From Muribaculaceae bacterium (GTDB lineage Bacteria; Bacteroidota; Bacteroidia; Bacteroidales; Muribaculaceae), in assembly GCA_017424575.1 (NCBI GenBank), contig JAFOYQ010000134.1, positions 1 through 63,417 of the forward strand: a DNA stretch of 63,417 bases, given 5' to 3'. Position 1 is the first letter of the stretch. Every line of letters begins with the position of its first letter. The notes below the pieces were generated by a model. That model was not told the origin of the DNA and did not search any database. It worked only from the letters and a program-made list of their open reading frames with translations. Both the position numbers and the translations under genes were made by a program. Below are positions 50,046-60,108 of the stretch, piece by piece.

Positions 50046-50940
50046 ATTAACACTGTTGTGGGCCATCTTATCGGTGTTGTTGATAGTTTACATGATAGTA
50101 GCATTCACCATCACCACTCGTCGTGCGCAAGAATCGTTGTGCAAGGGGGTTGATATTGTGGTTCATGACCAAGGTGGATTGAAATTCGTTACCGTTGACG
50201 ATATTTCACACGAAATACAAAACGAGAATAATCAATATCTCACCAAGAAAGTGAGCGAAATCAATACACATATAATCGAAACTCGACTCAATGCTATCGA
50301 TAAGATTGAGCGAGCAAATTGTGTGTTCTTCAATAATTCTCGTTTGCGCATTGATGTGATGCCATTGGTGCCCGTAGCTCGTGTGTTTGACGACAAAGGT
50401 TCATACTATATAAATCGTGAAGGGAAGAAGATGCTTGCCGACCCTCGATATCGTGTTGATGTGCCTATCGTAGTAGGAAACTTTGATAAGCAATTCCCTG
50501 CAGTTTCGATTTTGCCACTTTTGTCGTATATATCAAATGACCCAACGTGGAATTCGCTTGTATCGAGTGTGAAGATATCACCCAAAAATCGTGATATTAT
50601 CATTGTGCCTATGATTAAAGGTCATGTGATAAACTTTGGTGACACCACGATGATTGAAAATAAATTTGCTCGCTTAAAAACAATGTATAAAGAGGTGTTA
50701 CCTGTGAAAGGGTGGACCTATTATGATACAATTTCGGTAAAATGGAGAGGACAAGTTGTTGCAACACGTTTCAAAAAGGAAAAAAGCAAAAATACTGCAA
50801 CATTTGCCGACTCTATCGACCTTGAGGCCAACGATGTGGAAACTATGAACGCAAATATTTATGCTCATAGCAGTGATAATGCCTCGTCGGCTGTTGATGA
50901 TGTGAATAATAATAACAAACAAAATAATAAAACAAACTAA
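50026..50940 (+). CDS. ftsQ: Cell division protein FtsQ/DivIB
   Basis: One TM segment followed by a POTRA-like region, in the position between murC and ftsA. The start was set to MWLKENK (50026), overlapping murC by 20 nt. Confidence 0.8.
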   Translation: MWLKENKLTLLWAILSVLLIVYMIVAFTITTRRAQESLCKGVDIVVHDQGGLKFVTVDDISHEIQNENNQYLTKKVSEINTHIIETRLNAIDKIERANCVFFNNSRLRIDVMPLVPVARVFDDKGSYYINREGKKMLADPRYRVDVPIVVGNFDKQFPAVSILPLLSYISNDPTWNSLVSSVKISPKNRDIIIVPMIKGHVINFGDTTMIENKFARLKTMYKEVLPVKGWTYYDTISVKWRGQVVATRFKKEKSKNTATFADSIDLEANDVETMNANIYAHSSDNASSAVDDVNNNNKQNNKTN

Positions 50941-50944
50941 ACTT

Positions 50945-52336
50945 ATGGAACACAAGAAATTAGTGGCAATTGAAATTGGTAGTTCCAAGATTGTAGGTGC
51001 TGTGGGTGCTATAGACGAAACTGGCACTCTCAAAGTAAGTGCAATCGAAGAACGTGCCCTTGTAGATTGCGTGCGTTATGGTTGGATCCAAAACGTAGAA
51101 GGTGTGAAGGCTGCTGTAGCCGATATCATTACAGCATTTGAGGAACGTGTAAACATCGCACCAAGCAAAGTCAAAGGTGTGTATGTAGCATTGGGTGGTC
51201 GTTCGATGATGTCACACAAACGCGAAATCGAGCGAGTATTTGATACAGAAATCGAAATCACAAGCGAAGTCATCAAGCAACTCGATGGCGATATTCGTTT
51301 GGAAGAACTTGAAGATAAGGAGATTGTTGATGCTGTGCCTGTGAAATATGCAGTTAATAATTTGACTCAACAAAAACCTATCGGTATCTATGGCAACCAC
51401 ATCAAAGCATCGTATAATATAATCGCTTGTCGTCCACAAATTAAGAAAAATATCGATCGTGTCATTGAAGAGCGTCTTCAACTCGATACTAATGGATATA
51501 TCGTGCTCCAAAAGGCTTTGGCTCAATTGGTGCTCTCTGACGATGATGCAAAATTGGGTTGTGTACTCGTTGACTTGGGGGCTGAAACAACTACCGTTTC
51601 AATTCACAAGAGTGGTGCATTGCAATATATGGTAACACTCCCAATGGGTTCGCGCAACATCACTCGCGACCTCTCTACTCTCGGCATTACCGAAGAGGTA
51701 GCTGAGCGATTGAAATGCCAATATGGTAATGCTAATTCTCAAGAAACTATCGGTCAAGGTGGACAATCAAGCATCATTGAAGGGGTTGACGACTCGGTAT
51801 TCCACAATATTGTGCAACATCGTGCTGGCGAAATTGCTTTCAATATCGCTACTCAAATCACTCAAGCAGGATTTAAGTCAACCGATTTGGCAAGTGGTGG
51901 TATCGTGATTGTGGGACAAGGTGCAAAACTCCAAGGGTTCTCTCAATTACTCGAGTTCCACACTTCTCTAAAGGTGCGTAATGGCATTATCGCAACACCT
52001 ATACATATCACCGATGGTAGCATTCAACCTGGTAATGCACTTGATGTAATAGCAATATTGCTTGCTGCATCAAAGAAAGAAGATGTGGTAAACTGTATTG
52101 AAGGACAATCTCAACCGTTGCCTGAACCCGAGGTGATAATTGAATATGGCACATCTCAAGTTGAAGAGAAGGAAGAAGAGGTTGAGGAAGAATATGAAGA
52201 CATTCCAGATGATAAAAATCCAAAACCAGCAGGCCCTTCTACAATGCAAAAGGTAGGTGACCGCCTTAAGTCTATGTTGGGAAAAGTGCAAGATACTGTA
52301 GCCGATTATCTCAAAGAAGATGGCTATGAAAAATAA
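50945..52336 (+). CDS. ftsA: Cell division protein FtsA
   Basis: 463 aa, actin-like ATPase, with AIEIGSSKIVG, VDLGAETTTVS and IVIVGQGAKLQG. Confidence 0.95.
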   Translation: MEHKKLVAIEIGSSKIVGAVGAIDETGTLKVSAIEERALVDCVRYGWIQNVEGVKAAVADIITAFEERVNIAPSKVKGVYVALGGRSMMSHKREIERVFDTEIEITSEVIKQLDGDIRLEELEDKEIVDAVPVKYAVNNLTQQKPIGIYGNHIKASYNIIACRPQIKKNIDRVIEERLQLDTNGYIVLQKALAQLVLSDDDAKLGCVLVDLGAETTTVSIHKSGALQYMVTLPMGSRNITRDLSTLGITEEVAERLKCQYGNANSQETIGQGGQSSIIEGVDDSVFHNIVQHRAGEIAFNIATQITQAGFKSTDLASGGIVIVGQGAKLQGFSQLLEFHTSLKVRNGIIATPIHITDGSIQPGNALDVIAILLAASKKEDVVNCIEGQSQPLPEPEVIIEYGTSQVEEKEEEVEEEYEDIPDDKNPKPAGPSTMQKVGDRLKSMLGKVQDTVADYLKEDGYEK

Positions 52337-52356
52337 TGACTTAAAATAGTGTATTT

Positions 52357-53703
52357 ATGTCTATAGAATTACAAGAAATCGAAAAAGCTGCGAATTTTAA
52401 TATTCAGAGCAAAGACGATCCAAAGATAATGGTTATTGGTGTAGGTGGCGGAGGTAACAACGCTATCAACAATATGTATAACCAAAATATTGAGAGTGTG
52501 AAATTTGTGGTGTGCAACACCGATAATCAAGCGTTGGAAAACTCTCCTGTGCCCGACAAGTTGTTGATTGGTCCTAACACTACTGGTGGTCTTGGAGCAG
52601 GTAATATTCCTGAAGTGGCTCGTGCGGCTGCCGAAGAGAGTATCGACGATATCAAATACTTATTCACCCCTGAGTTGAAGATGGTGTTTGTTACTGCTGG
52701 TATGGGTGGTGGCACAGGTACAGGTGCTGCTCCAGTGGTGGCTCGTGCAGCAAAAGAGAAGGGACTCCTCACAATCGGTATCGTAACCATTCCATTCCTC
52801 TTTGAGGGAACAAAGAAAATTAGTAAAGCGCTTGACGGGGCCGACGAAATGAGCAAGAATGTTGATGCATTGTTGGTTATTAACAACGAGCGTCTTAATG
52901 ATATTTATGGCGATTTGACATTCCTCAACGCGTTCGGTAAAGCTGATGATACATTAACAACTGCTGCTCGTAGCATCTCAGAACTTATCACTAAGAAGGG
53001 TTATATGAATCTCGACTTCAACGATGTTGATACAACATTGCGCAATGGTGGTGCAGCAATTATTTCAAGCGGTTATGGCGAAGGCGAAAATCGTGTAACC
53101 GAAGCATTCAACGCGGCTATTAAGTCGCCATTGCTCAAAAACCGTGACATCTTGTCGGCGAAGAAATTGCTCTTCAATATCTACTTTGCAGCTGAGAATG
53201 TTGAACGCCCATTCACAATGAATGAAACAAAAGAGATTACTTCATTTGTTACAAGTATCAATTCGGGTGTTGACATCATTTGGGGTGCGACAATCGATAA
53301 CTCTCTTGGCGAAAAAGTAAAAATTACTATTCTTGCCGCTGGTTTTGAACTCACATTACATGAGGAAGACGAAGAGGAAGATTCTAAAAACGTATCTTTT
53401 ACTCCCGAAACAACTCCTTCGGCCGAAGATGAAGAGCGTATTCGCAAAACTTATGGTACTAAGAAGGTTGAAAATCTTCAACGCGAAAAAGATACAAAAC
53501 GCTATGTGGCTCTCACCCCCGATCTCATGGATGATGATGAGGTGATTGAACTACTCGAAAAGGTATCAACCTACAATCGTGATAAAGAAACAACCGAAAA
53601 ACTCAATACTCGAGTGAAAGCATCGGTTGAGGGTGGTGTTGCTGAAGTGGAAAAATCTCAACCTGCCGACAATAGTGAAGGTCAAGTAGTGAATTTCTTC
53701 TAA
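52357..53703 (+). CDS. ftsZ: Cell division protein FtsZ
   Basis: 448 aa with the tubulin signature [11 protein letters not shown] and NTDNQAL. Confidence 0.97.
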   Translation: MSIELQEIEKAANFNIQSKDDPKIMVIGVGGGGNNAINNMYNQNIESVKFVVCNTDNQALENSPVPDKLLIGPNTTGGLGAGNIPEVARAAAEESIDDIKYLFTPELKMVFVTAGMGGGTGTGAAPVVARAAKEKGLLTIGIVTIPFLFEGTKKISKALDGADEMSKNVDALLVINNERLNDIYGDLTFLNAFGKADDTLTTAARSISELITKKGYMNLDFNDVDTTLRNGGAAIISSGYGEGENRVTEAFNAAIKSPLLKNRDILSAKKLLFNIYFAAENVERPFTMNETKEITSFVTSINSGVDIIWGATIDNSLGEKVKITILAAGFELTLHEEDEEEDSKNVSFTPETTPSAEDEERIRKTYGTKKVENLQREKDTKRYVALTPDLMDDDEVIELLEKVSTYNRDKETTEKLNTRVKASVEGGVAEVEKSQPADNSEGQVVNFF

Positions 53704-53752
53704 GAAACACTAATATAACCCATGCATTATTCCTCTATCTTTAGAGGGAATA

Positions 53753-53795
53753 ACAAGAGAGGTGAACCACACGATTCACCTCTCTTGTTATTTAT
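53753..53795. terminator. Bidirectional terminator between ftsZ and the convergent GNAT gene
   Basis: Perfect 14-bp stem ACAAGAGAGGTGAA / TTCACCTCTCTTGT with an 8-nt loop, followed by TATTTATT. Confidence 0.75.
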
Positions 53796-53811
53796 TGCTA
53801 ATAATTCTATC

Positions 53812-54942
53812 TTACAACGATTTCTTGAATGCGCGGCGACGGCGGTGTTGACGATAGTCAAAGTATTGCCATTGTAATTGCACATTGGCATTGTCCTCAA
53901 GTTCGGGGTTACTTTCAGCCCATTGATATCCATTTTTAGCATAGGCAGGAATGAGATCGGCAAAGAGCAGTGCATTAACACCCTTGCTCAAATATTCTTT
54001 AGAGATAGCAATGAGCATGAGATCGACAGTATCGGTTTTGCCTTGCATAGCCTTCAAAATATGCCACCAACCAAATGGGAAGAGTTTACCACCACTCTTT
54101 TGCAATGCGCGAGAGAATGAAGGCATTGAGATTCCCAATCCCACTAATTTTTCATCAGCATCAACGATTACGCTCACGTCGTCGAGACGGAGGAAGCCGA
54201 GATACATATTAATATAGTAGTCGATTTGGCGTTGAGTTAATGGCGAGAATCCATAAAGTTTGTCGTATGCTTCATTGATGAGGTCAAAGAGCGCTTGACC
54301 ATATTTTTCTTTAAGTTTCTTGCGAGAGGTGAATTTTACAGTGTGGAGATTGTGTTTTCTACGCACAATGTCGGCAATGCGTTGATGCTTTTCGGGTACG
54401 GCTTCGGGGATTGTGATGCGAAATTCTACCCAGTCGGCATCTTTTTCAAAACCCATACGCTCCATGTGAGTAGGGTAGTAGGGGTAGTTGTAGATTGTTG
54501 CCATTGTGCCCATTTCGTTGAACCCATCAACGAGCATACCCTCATGGTCCATATCGCTAAATCCCATAGGACCTATGATTGTAGTCATGCCTTGACTACG
54601 GCCCCACTCTTCGGCTGCGTTAAACAATGCATCAACAACCTCATTGTCGTCAATAAAGTCAACCCACCCAAATCGCATTGTCTTTTCGCCAGTGCGCTCG
54701 TTTACGATGTTGTTGATAATAGCAGTGATGCGACCAACAGGTTTGTTGTCGCGGTATGCCATAAATGATTGCGCTTTGCAGAAATCAAATGCTGGGTTTT
54801 TGTCGGGAAGCAATGAGTCAATCTCGTCAAAAACTAATGGTGGAACGTAGCAATCGTTTCCTTTATATAAGTCGATACCAAATTGAACGTATTTCTTAAT
54901 TTCGCTTTTTTTAGCGTTGATAGGTTTTACTATGATTGACAT
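53812..54942 (-). CDS. GNAT-superfamily acyltransferase (376-aa two-lobed type conserved in Bacteroidota)
   Basis: A full-length ORF with good coding character. Contains GNAT-like segments (FMAYRDNKPVGRITAI.., ..LMLIAISKEYLSKGVNALL). The substrate is unknown. Confidence 0.7.
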   Translation of the reverse strand: MSIIVKPINAKKSEIKKYVQFGIDLYKGNDCYVPPLVFDEIDSLLPDKNPAFDFCKAQSFMAYRDNKPVGRITAIINNIVNERTGEKTMRFGWVDFIDDNEVVDALFNAAEEWGRSQGMTTIIGPMGFSDMDHEGMLVDGFNEMGTMATIYNYPYYPTHMERMGFEKDADWVEFRITIPEAVPEKHQRIADIVRRKHNLHTVKFTSRKKLKEKYGQALFDLINEAYDKLYGFSPLTQRQIDYYINMYLGFLRLDDVSVIVDADEKLVGLGISMPSFSRALQKSGGKLFPFGWWHILKAMQGKTDTVDLMLIAISKEYLSKGVNALLFADLIPAYAKNGYQWAESNPELEDNANVQLQWQYFDYRQHRRRRAFKKSL

Positions 54943-55775
54943 AATACAAAATATTTTTCGAGTGAAATAAATGCGTTAGATATTGAAGATATTCCTTCGG
55001 GTTTGGCAGGCTCGCTTATAATCATCCAAGTTAAGAATAGCACCATCAACACGAGGAATGAGATAATTAACAAATAAAGATAATTGCCCGAGCGACGTTC
55101 GAGAGCTAAGTGGAGTTCTTGCACATCATGGTAGCGACGCGAAGGATTGCTATCGGTGCAACGGTCGGCTATCTTGCGTAGATTGGGGTAATTTTCATCT
55201 ACACTATCAAGCACCTCTTTCAACACAAGTCCATAGTTGTAGATGTCTTCGGCTGCATCGGTAGGCTCAAGATGTTCTTTTTGGTCAAAACCCACGTCAA
55301 TCAACTTAAGATTTTCAATGTTTTCGGTGAAAATAATGCGTTCGGGGCGAATGGGGTGATGCACAATGTGGTTGGACTGTATGTAGTCCATTGCACTCAC
55401 TAATTGGTGACGTAATTGCTCAATGTGATGGGGCGTTACGCGCTTCTCGTCGATGAGTTTGCGTAGCGACGTGCCATAAACGTCGTCGGTAATGATGCAA
55501 CGACCTATACCAGGCACCTCCTCAAAATCGTTTATCATCACGATATGAGCATGTGCGAGGTTATATCTCACGTCAAACTCCTTCTCAATCATTGTTTCAT
55601 ATTTTTCAATGCCACGATATTGAGGTTTAAGGGTTTTGAGCATCAACCATTTGCCAAATTTCTTAGCAGTATATACATCATAAAACTCCTCGTCCCATTC
55701 GGGTAGAAGTTCTATCTCCGTCCACTTTTCACTTACATTTTCTTTAATGTTATCCATATTTTCAAGTGTTGACAT
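54930..55775 (-). CDS. Membrane-anchored protein-kinase-like protein with degenerate catalytic motifs (predicted pseudokinase)
   Basis: The kinase subdomains can be aligned by eye. WLMLKTLK corresponds to VAIK, EKEF..LAHAHIV to the alphaC Glu and HPNIV, IVHHPIRPERIIF to HRDxKxxN (lacking the D and the N), and LIDVGFD to DFG. A C-terminal TM segment (YLYLLIISFLVLMVLFLTWMII) follows. The gene overlaps the downstream GNAT gene by 13 nt. Confidence 0.65.
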   Translation of the reverse strand: MSTLENMDNIKENVSEKWTEIELLPEWDEEFYDVYTAKKFGKWLMLKTLKPQYRGIEKYETMIEKEFDVRYNLAHAHIVMINDFEEVPGIGRCIITDDVYGTSLRKLIDEKRVTPHHIEQLRHQLVSAMDYIQSNHIVHHPIRPERIIFTENIENLKLIDVGFDQKEHLEPTDAAEDIYNYGLVLKEVLDSVDENYPNLRKIADRCTDSNPSRRYHDVQELHLALERRSGNYLYLLIISFLVLMVLFLTWMIISEPAKPEGISSISNAFISLEKYFVLCQS

Positions 55776-55937
55776 GGTGGAACAATCTCGTAATAAATTT
55801 GTTTAATTTATCACAAAGATAGTAAATTGAATTGAAAATAAGACAAATGAGCGAATATTTTCTTGTGCTCGGGAATATATAAGTACTTTGATTGTTACTA
55901 CCAAAGTTCTAAAAATTTTACGAATTAAGAGTTGATT

Positions 55938-56034
55938 CAGTGGAAAAAGTGTAATGAAGTGCTGATTATTCCCTTGAAAAAGTGTAACGAAATAGAATTA
56001 TTCGGTAGAAAAAGTGTAACGGAGTATCTATGAC
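55938..56034. repeat. Three tandem ~32-bp repeats with the core GAAAAAGTGTAAYGRA
   Basis: Cores start at 55943, 55976 and 56008, giving a period of 33/32 bp. They lie in the divergent intergenic region between the pseudokinase/GNAT operon and the GH3 gene. Confidence 0.8.
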
Positions 56035-56124
56035 TAATTTTAATCAGTCGTTTCCTACCAAAATATTTTTAAGATTTTAGTAAATCAAATAAATCTTAAT
56101 AAGCGTTTTTATAAAAGTATTTAT

Positions 56125-56132
56125 TACTTTTG
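56125..56132 (+). promoter_or_regulatory. -7 promoter box (TACTTTTG) for the GH3 gene
   Basis: Exact TAnnTTTG, 30 nt upstream of the ATG at 56162. Confidence 0.45.
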
Positions 56133-56161
56133 TGGTCTTAAACTATATATAAGTTGTCACG

Positions 56162-57676
56162 ATGATTAATCTAACGCCACTGTTGCGTACAATGTTAGCC
56201 TATCGAGTGGAAGAAACTCGTCGTTGGGCTACAAATAGCGAGGAGGTCCAACGCCAACAATTGGCATGGCTTATTGCTCAAGCTCGTCGCACTCATTGGG
56301 GAGAGACATATCACTTCAATGAGATATCATCTTATGAAGATTTTGCACAAAAAGTGCCTGTGAGCAATTATGAAGATATTGCGCCATGGATATTACGTCA
56401 TCTCGAAGGTGAAAAAGATGTATTGTGGCGTGGTCGCATTGACCGATTTGCTCAATCGAGTGGCACATCAAATGGTAAAAGTAAATATATACCTATCACC
56501 ACCGATGCTCTGTGGCGTTGTCATTATAAAGGGGCAAATAATGCAGTGTGCCAATATATGTCGCTTTATCCCGATAGTAAAATGTTTACTGGCAAAGCAT
56601 TTATATTAGGTGGAAGTTTTGCTAACGAAGTGAATGACCTTCGCCAAAATGCTAAAGTTGGAGATCTTTCGGCACATCTCATCAGCAATGTAAGTTCGTT
56701 TGTCAATTTCTATAGAGTGCCATCAAAAGAGGTGGCTTTGATGATGGATTGGGAAAAGAAATTGCCAGCATTGGTAGAAGCATCAATTAATCAAAATATC
56801 ACAAACATATCGGGTGTGCCATCTTGGTTTCTCACCGTGATAAAAGCCGTGATGGAAAAGGCTGGCGCATCATCAATTCACGATGTGTGGCCCAATCTTG
56901 AAGTATTTTTCCATGGTGGTATTGCATTTGCTCCATATCGTGAGCAATATGAGGCAATTACCGATGTGTCAAAGATGCGTTACATTGAAACATATAACGC
57001 TTCTGAAGGATTTTTCGCTACGCAAAATGCAATTGAGGATAAATCAATGCTCTTGCTCTTAAATCTTGGGGTTTTCTATGAATTTATGCCCCTTGATCAG
57101 CTTGACAGCCCTAATCCTCAATTACTCCCATTGTGGAAGGTTGAACCTGGAAAGATATATGGATTAGTAATATCATCATGTAATGGATTGTGGCGATATG
57201 CTATTGGCGATACAGTGAAGATTGAGAGCGTAAATCCAGTAAAAATAACTATTGCTGGTCGCACAAAGCATTTTATAAATGCCTTTGGTGAGGAGTTGAT
57301 GGTGCATAATGCCAACGCAGCAATCACAAAGGTGTGTAAAGATATGCAATGCTCAATCTTGAATTATACAGCGGCTCCAGTTTATGCTGCCGATAATTCG
57401 CGTGGGCGTCATGAGTGGTTAATTGAGTTTGCTACTCCTCCAGCCGACATAGATGAGTTTGCCACACGTCTTGACGAACAATTGCAACAAGAAAACTCTG
57501 ACTATCAAGCAAAGCGATATAAGGGGATATTCCTTGATCCATTGACCATAGTTGTGGCACGACCTCAGTTGTTTAACGATTGGCTTGCTTCAACAGGAAA
57601 ACTTGGAGGCCAACGCAAAGTGCCTCGCCTTGCCAATGACCGACAATTTATCGATTCAATGCTAAAGATGAATTAA
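56162..57676 (+). CDS. GH3-family (acyl-acid amido synthetase-like, ANL superfamily) protein
   Basis: 504 aa with the FAQSSGTSNGKSKYIPIT motif and a length typical of bacterial GH3 domain proteins. Confidence 0.85.
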   Translation: MINLTPLLRTMLAYRVEETRRWATNSEEVQRQQLAWLIAQARRTHWGETYHFNEISSYEDFAQKVPVSNYEDIAPWILRHLEGEKDVLWRGRIDRFAQSSGTSNGKSKYIPITTDALWRCHYKGANNAVCQYMSLYPDSKMFTGKAFILGGSFANEVNDLRQNAKVGDLSAHLISNVSSFVNFYRVPSKEVALMMDWEKKLPALVEASINQNITNISGVPSWFLTVIKAVMEKAGASSIHDVWPNLEVFFHGGIAFAPYREQYEAITDVSKMRYIETYNASEGFFATQNAIEDKSMLLLLNLGVFYEFMPLDQLDSPNPQLLPLWKVEPGKIYGLVISSCNGLWRYAIGDTVKIESVNPVKITIAGRTKHFINAFGEELMVHNANAAITKVCKDMQCSILNYTAAPVYAADNSRGRHEWLIEFATPPADIDEFATRLDEQLQQENSDYQAKRYKGIFLDPLTIVVARPQLFNDWLASTGKLGGQRKVPRLANDRQFIDSMLKMN

Positions 57677-57678
57677 CG

Positions 57679-58662
57679 ATGAATAGCATGCCATTGATTT
57701 CGGTCGTTGTCCCTGTGTATAATGTCGAACAATATGTGAGGGAATGTGTTGAGTCAATCATTTGCCAAGAATATGATAACATTGAGATTATATTGGTTGA
57801 TGATGGTTCGACCGACCAAAGTGGCGTAATCTGCGACAATCTTGAGCAACGCGATAGTCGCATCAAGGTCATACATCGCGAAAATGGAGGTTTGAGCGAA
57901 GCGCGCAACTCTGGGCTCGATGCTGCGCGTGGGGAATATGTTACTTTTGTTGATTCCGACGATTTAATTCACCAAGAATGCATATCGACTCTATATAATT
58001 TGCTCGTCAACACCAATGCCGATATCTCTACGGTGTCATTCAACCATTTTATTGATGGTCAACCAATTCTATCAAAAGCACCTTTGTCGCCAATAAAGAT
58101 ATATGATAGTGGTGTAGATGCAGTGAAATCGATGCTCTATCAACAAGGTTATATCGACAACTCCCCATGTGGAAAGTTGTTTAAGATGAGCCTATTTTCT
58201 TCACATCGTTTCCCTAAGGGAAAATTGTATGAAGACCTTGCAACGATTCCATACGTGTGCTTGAATGCAAAAAAGGTTACTACGACCACAACACCCATGT
58301 ATTACTATCGTTCGCGACAATCGAGCATTCTTGGCAGTTTCTCGCTTCGCCGATGCGATGTGCTCGACATTACTCGCGATATGGTGCTTTATATGGAGCA
58401 AAACCATTCGTCGATAGTAGAGGCCGCTCGTTCGCGCCAATTTAGTGCAAATATGAACATTCTTTGGCTCATGGCATTGACCTCTACTCGCGATGAAAAT
58501 GTAGAGAAGCGTTGTTGGGAAACGGTGAAATCATTGCGATTTTCGATGTTGACCAACTCTCGCGTGAGGTTGAAAAACAAAGTAGGGGCTTTACTTTCGT
58601 ATGTAGGACTTAAAAATATGATGCGAATATTAAAATGTTTTAAGAAAAAATTGGCACATTAA
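57679..58662 (+). CDS. Glycosyltransferase family 2
   Basis: ISVVVPVYNVEQYVRECVESIICQ, VDDGSTDQS and FVDSDD. Confidence 0.9.
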   Translation: MNSMPLISVVVPVYNVEQYVRECVESIICQEYDNIEIILVDDGSTDQSGVICDNLEQRDSRIKVIHRENGGLSEARNSGLDAARGEYVTFVDSDDLIHQECISTLYNLLVNTNADISTVSFNHFIDGQPILSKAPLSPIKIYDSGVDAVKSMLYQQGYIDNSPCGKLFKMSLFSSHRFPKGKLYEDLATIPYVCLNAKKVTTTTTPMYYYRSRQSSILGSFSLRRCDVLDITRDMVLYMEQNHSSIVEAARSRQFSANMNILWLMALTSTRDENVEKRCWETVKSLRFSMLTNSRVRLKNKVGALLSYVGLKNMMRILKCFKKKLAH

Positions 58663-58676
58663 ACAAATATATATAC

Positions 58677-58684
58677 TACCTTTG
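58677..58684 (+). promoter_or_regulatory. -7 promoter box (TACCTTTG) for the alkaline phosphatase gene
   Basis: Exact TAnnTTTG, 33 nt upstream of the ATG. Confidence 0.45.
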
Positions 58685-58716
58685 TCAAATCTAATAATAA
58701 ATCAATCACTACAAAA

Positions 58717-60084
58717 ATGAAAATCAAATCTCTCTTATTGACACTTCTGTTGGTGGTATCACTAGCAGTTAATGCAACATCTCCTAAGTATGTGTTTTAT
58801 TTCATTGGCGATGGTATGGGTATGGGCCACATTATGGCTGCTCAGTCATATAATCGCGAGGTGCTCAAGAATAACCAACCTATTCTTATGATGCAATTCC
58901 CAGTGGCTTCAATGGTAACGACCTATTCGGCTTCTTCGCGTGTTACCGACTCGGCTGCTGCAGGTACCGCATTGTCAACAGGATACAAAACCAATAACGG
59001 CATGCTTGGTGTAACCCCCGATTCAGTTCCAGTTACATCGGTGGCTCGTTATCTCAAAGATGCGGGGTGGGGTATAGGTGTTATAACTACTGTAGCCCCC
59101 GACGATGCTACTCCAGGTGCATTTTATGCTCATCAACCAAATCGCTCAATGGCGTATGAAATTGACAAAGAAATGGCTGCTTCGGGCTATGAGTTTGTGG
59201 CTGGTTCAAAACTTAAAGGTACTAAAGATAAAGCCGGAAATCCTACTGATATCTACTCACACTTTGCGCAAAACAATGTGGCAATTGTGAAGGGTATTGA
59301 CGCATTGAAAGATGTTGACTCTCGCCGTGTGGTATTGCTAAACAAAGACTCGCTCGATAGTAATGTAGGTTACACAATCGATTCAATCGAGGGTGCGCTC
59401 ACACTACCCGCTATGACTCAAGCATGTCTCGACCATTTAACAAAACATTCGCCCGACCAATTTTTTATGATGGTTGAAGGTGGTAACATTGACTATGCAG
59501 GACACTCTAACGATGGCGGTGCTGTGGTTAAAGAGATTCTTAACTTTAACGATGCAATTAAAATCGCATACGATTTCTATCTCGCTCACCCCGATGAAAC
59601 ACTTATTGTAGTAACTGCCGACCACAACACAGGTGGTATGTCGGTGCGTTTTGGAGATATCTCGCTCGTTGACTGTCAACGCATGTCAAAAGATCGCTTT
59701 GCTGGTTACACCAAATCTCTCCTTAATTCACGACGCATCTACACTTGGGAAGATATGAAAGCCGAACTCTCAAATCGTTTCGGATTCTGGAATAAAATCA
59801 AAATTAGCAAAGAACAAGAGGCAAAATTGGTTGAAAAGTTTGAAAACACATTCAAACTACGCAACTCAGCCGACCAAAAAACACTCTACAACTCATTTAA
59901 TGAATTTGCAGTTGAGGTGTTTGACATAATCAATGCTAAAACTGGTTTTGGTTGGATTGCAACAGGACACACAGGCGACCCCGTGCCATTATTTGCAATC
60001 GGTCGTGGTGCTTATGAGTTTATGGGAGTGCATGATAACACCGAAATTCCTAAAATCATCAAAAGTATTACATTAGGAGAGTAA
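58717..60084 (+). CDS. Alkaline phosphatase (PhoA family), secreted
   Basis: 455 aa with a signal peptide, FIGDGMG, the VTDSAAAGTALSTG active-site Ser region, and a TADHNTGG-type motif. Confidence 0.9.
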   Translation: MKIKSLLLTLLLVVSLAVNATSPKYVFYFIGDGMGMGHIMAAQSYNREVLKNNQPILMMQFPVASMVTTYSASSRVTDSAAAGTALSTGYKTNNGMLGVTPDSVPVTSVARYLKDAGWGIGVITTVAPDDATPGAFYAHQPNRSMAYEIDKEMAASGYEFVAGSKLKGTKDKAGNPTDIYSHFAQNNVAIVKGIDALKDVDSRRVVLLNKDSLDSNVGYTIDSIEGALTLPAMTQACLDHLTKHSPDQFFMMVEGGNIDYAGHSNDGGAVVKEILNFNDAIKIAYDFYLAHPDETLIVVTADHNTGGMSVRFGDISLVDCQRMSKDRFAGYTKSLLNSRRIYTWEDMKAELSNRFGFWNKIKISKEQEAKLVEKFENTFKLRNSADQKTLYNSFNEFAVEVFDIINAKTGFGWIATGHTGDPVPLFAIGRGAYEFMGVHDNTEIPKIIKSITLGE

Positions 60085-60108
60085 ACATAAATATCAAATT
60101 AATCTAAT

